From: an uncultured bacterium
Lineage (GTDB): Bacteria > Babelota > Babeliae > Babelales > Vermiphilaceae
Assembly (NCBI GenBank): GCA_963727255.1
Contig: CAVSFC010000002.1
Coordinates: 640,001 to 704,000, forward strand
DNA: 64,000 nt
Reading direction: 5' to 3'
Every line of letters starts with the position of its first letter. The stretch's first letter is position 1. The translations under genes and the position numbers were made by a program. The notes beneath the pieces were generated by a model that did no database searches, was not told the DNA's origin, and saw only the letters and a program-made list of their open reading frames with translations. This document shows positions 61,902 to 64,000 of the stretch, piece by piece.

Positions 61902-63103
61902 AAAATGTGCGATCAGATTTTCCAATCTTACAAAAAAAAATTAACGGGCATCAAATAGTTTATTTGGATAATGCGGCAACCAGCCAAAAGCCGCAAATGG
62001 TTATCGATGCAGTAACTGATTTTTATACGCAGTACAATAGCAATATCCATCGCGCAGTATATACATTTGGTGAAGAAGCAACCACGCTTTTTGAACAGGC
62101 GCGGATGAAGATTGCACGTTTTATTAATGCAGAACCCAGTGAAGTGATATTCACTCAGGGTGCTACTGCCGGTATTAATCTTATTGCAAGCACCTGGGCA
62201 CAAAAAACGATTAAAAAGGGTGATGAGATTTTGATTACTCAGATGGAGCATCACTCAAATATGCTACCCTGGCAACAATCTGCCCTGCGGCAGGATGCTG
62301 CTCTAAAATATATTCCGGTAACTGCTGATGGAGTACTTGATTATAACGCATTGCCATCATTGCTCAGCAAAAAAACAAAGCTGGTGGCAGTAGTTCATGT
62401 TTCGAATGTGTTGGGTACCCGCAATGATATTCAGCATATTATTGAAAATGCACATTCAGTTGGTGCGCGTGTGTTGATCGATGCTGCCCAATCTGCTCCC
62501 CACGAACGAATCGATGTAAAAAAAATAAACTGTGATTTTTTAGTATTTTCTGGCCATAAGATGTTTGGGCCAACAGGCATTGGGATTTTATACATTAAAA
62601 AAGAGCTGCATGATCAGATTCCCCCCTATCAATTTGGCGGCGGCATGGTTTATGAAGCAGATTTTTTTAAGGCAACCTGGCAAAAATCTCCGCAAAAATT
62701 TGAAGCAGGGACTCCTCCGATTGCACAGGCAATAGGCTTGGGCGCCGCGATTGATTATATGGAGAAAAATATTGCGTTCGATGCATTAAAGAAACATGAG
62801 GCCGCATTATGCTCGCAATTAATTGAAGGGCTTATGCCTTTAAAAAAAGTAACTATCTTGGGTCCGCTTAAAGAATTAAAAAAATCAGGCCATTTGGTAA
62901 GTTTTACTGTCAAAGATATGCATCCGCATGATGTTGCGGCCCATTTAAGTAAATATGGCATTTGTGTTCGCGCCGGGAATCATTGTGCGCAGCCACTGGC
63001 AAAAATGTTAAATATTTCCGGTTCTGTACGGGCAAGTTTTTATCTTTATAATACTGCAGAAGAAGTTGAACAGCTTATTAAAGCTGTCAAAAAACTTCTA
63101 TAA
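61898..63103 (+). CDS. sufS: Cysteine desulfurase
   Basis: YLDNAATSQKP, EHHSN, FSGHKM.GPTGIG, RAGNHCA. Confidence 0.96.
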   Translation: MKNVRSDFPILQKKINGHQIVYLDNAATSQKPQMVIDAVTDFYTQYNSNIHRAVYTFGEEATTLFEQARMKIARFINAEPSEVIFTQGATAGINLIASTWAQKTIKKGDEILITQMEHHSNMLPWQQSALRQDAALKYIPVTADGVLDYNALPSLLSKKTKLVAVVHVSNVLGTRNDIQHIIENAHSVGARVLIDAAQSAPHERIDVKKINCDFLVFSGHKMFGPTGIGILYIKKELHDQIPPYQFGGGMVYEADFFKATWQKSPQKFEAGTPPIAQAIGLGAAIDYMEKNIAFDALKKHEAALCSQLIEGLMPLKKVTILGPLKELKKSGHLVSFTVKDMHPHDVAAHLSKYGICVRAGNHCAQPLAKMLNISGSVRASFYLYNTAEEVEQLIKAVKKLL

Positions 63104-63146
63104 GAATGAATGTAAGTGAATTTTTTACTCCATAGGATATACCACT

Positions 63147-63833
63147 ATGAATATACGGATGAGCGCATTAGCATTTTTTTTCTTAGTACCATCTTTTGGC
63201 ATTTGCGAAAGTCCCAATGGTATAAATTCCAGAGAAGAAGCATTCAAGTTTTATGTTGCACAGCAAAAAGAAAAAAAATCGATTCAACCATCTCAAAATC
63301 GTGAGACATTTCTTCAAACCCTTAATAAGCGTGCGATAAATCTGGCTCCTATTCTCATGCCAATTTTGGTTAATTTTTTGCTCGAAGCCGCGCGAACGGC
63401 AGCTTGCGATAGGCTAGCCAGCTATGTCGCGGATTCATATAAGCTTATTGATTGGCCTTATTTGCAGATCGATTCAAGAATGGGAGGACGCATCGCACTC
63501 GAAGGAGTGAGCAAAATTGCTTTTGATAGCCTTTTATATGGTTTCTGGGATGAAGAGGGCAAATTTAATATCCGTTTGGATTCAGAAATTCTTCTTGGAG
63601 GATTGCATGCATCTTTAAGATATGCAATCATAAATAATATTATTATTGTCTCGAACCAAAGATTAAATAAAAAATATCCCGATTCTAGCACTGATGAAGT
63701 CAAGAAACAAAATGCGCCCTTGAGAAATCAGGCAGCTGCTCGAATTAGTAAATATGTGGGTCTTGGAAATATGGCTTATGGTTTCATTTCTAATGGGGTG
63801 TATCAATCATTAAAAAAACGTTGTGCCCAATAA
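63147..63833 (+). CDS. Secreted hypothetical protein
   Basis: Signal-like N-terminus, 228-aa ORF. Confidence 0.6.
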   Translation: MNIRMSALAFFFLVPSFGICESPNGINSREEAFKFYVAQQKEKKSIQPSQNRETFLQTLNKRAINLAPILMPILVNFLLEAARTAACDRLASYVADSYKLIDWPYLQIDSRMGGRIALEGVSKIAFDSLLYGFWDEEGKFNIRLDSEILLGGLHASLRYAIINNIIIVSNQRLNKKYPDSSTDEVKKQNAPLRNQAAARISKYVGLGNMAYGFISNGVYQSLKKRCAQ

Positions 63834-64000
63834 TTGGCTCTCTTATTTGTATCTCGTTCATTACTGCAGATGCCCGTTCATCAAGATGTATTATCGCTCC
63901 GATTCAAAAAATGTTTTTTGAACGGATTCTTAAGATTTGCCTCATTTCACGAAAAGATATCGCTAAAGAATGCGCGAAACTTATTCTGCCGATTCTTATT
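63809..64000 (+). CDS. Partial exported protein running off the window (start uncertain)
   Basis: Open frame (I)KKTLCPIIGSLICISFITADA...AKLILPILI; resembles 'APILMPILV' of the preceding gene. Confidence 0.35.
   Translation, partial: MKKTLCPIIGSLICISFITADARSSRCIIAPIQKMFFERILKICLISRKDIAKECAKLILPILI

Overview
AT-rich bacterial chromosomal segment. Gene content suggests an obligate intracellular parasite of protists, most likely Ca. Dependentiae/Babelota (TM6); this is inference, not a database result. Housekeeping genes: batABCDE, plsC, topA, atpI/B/E, a folC-like gene, rpsU-rbfA-pilD, gltX, potABCD, metG, lepB, tRNA-Cys, tRNA-Leu, hup, sufCBDS, and a split GspE/PilB. These are interleaved with many Sec-signal-peptide proteins that look like host-directed effectors. 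They include two HDAC11-like deacylases, a Skp1/BTB-like+LRR protein next to a RING-H2 protein and an M48 peptidase, a protein ending in a CaaX box, a protein starting with an eIF4E-binding-like motif, GNATs and ankyrins. About half of these place a Met right after the predicted signal-peptidase site (A|MQ/ME). Other oddities: a four-hairpin F-ATPase c subunit (E/Q/E/D), a UmuD lacking both catalytic residues and its cleavage site, a hicAB islet flanked by a 90-bp duplication of the gltX 3' end, two large GC-rich hairpin elements, and a palindromic repeat inserted in frame in batC. Two zones (~8.5-15.4 kb and ~44.9-49.4 kb) are full of small indels, most likely consensus errors, so coordinates there are approximate.
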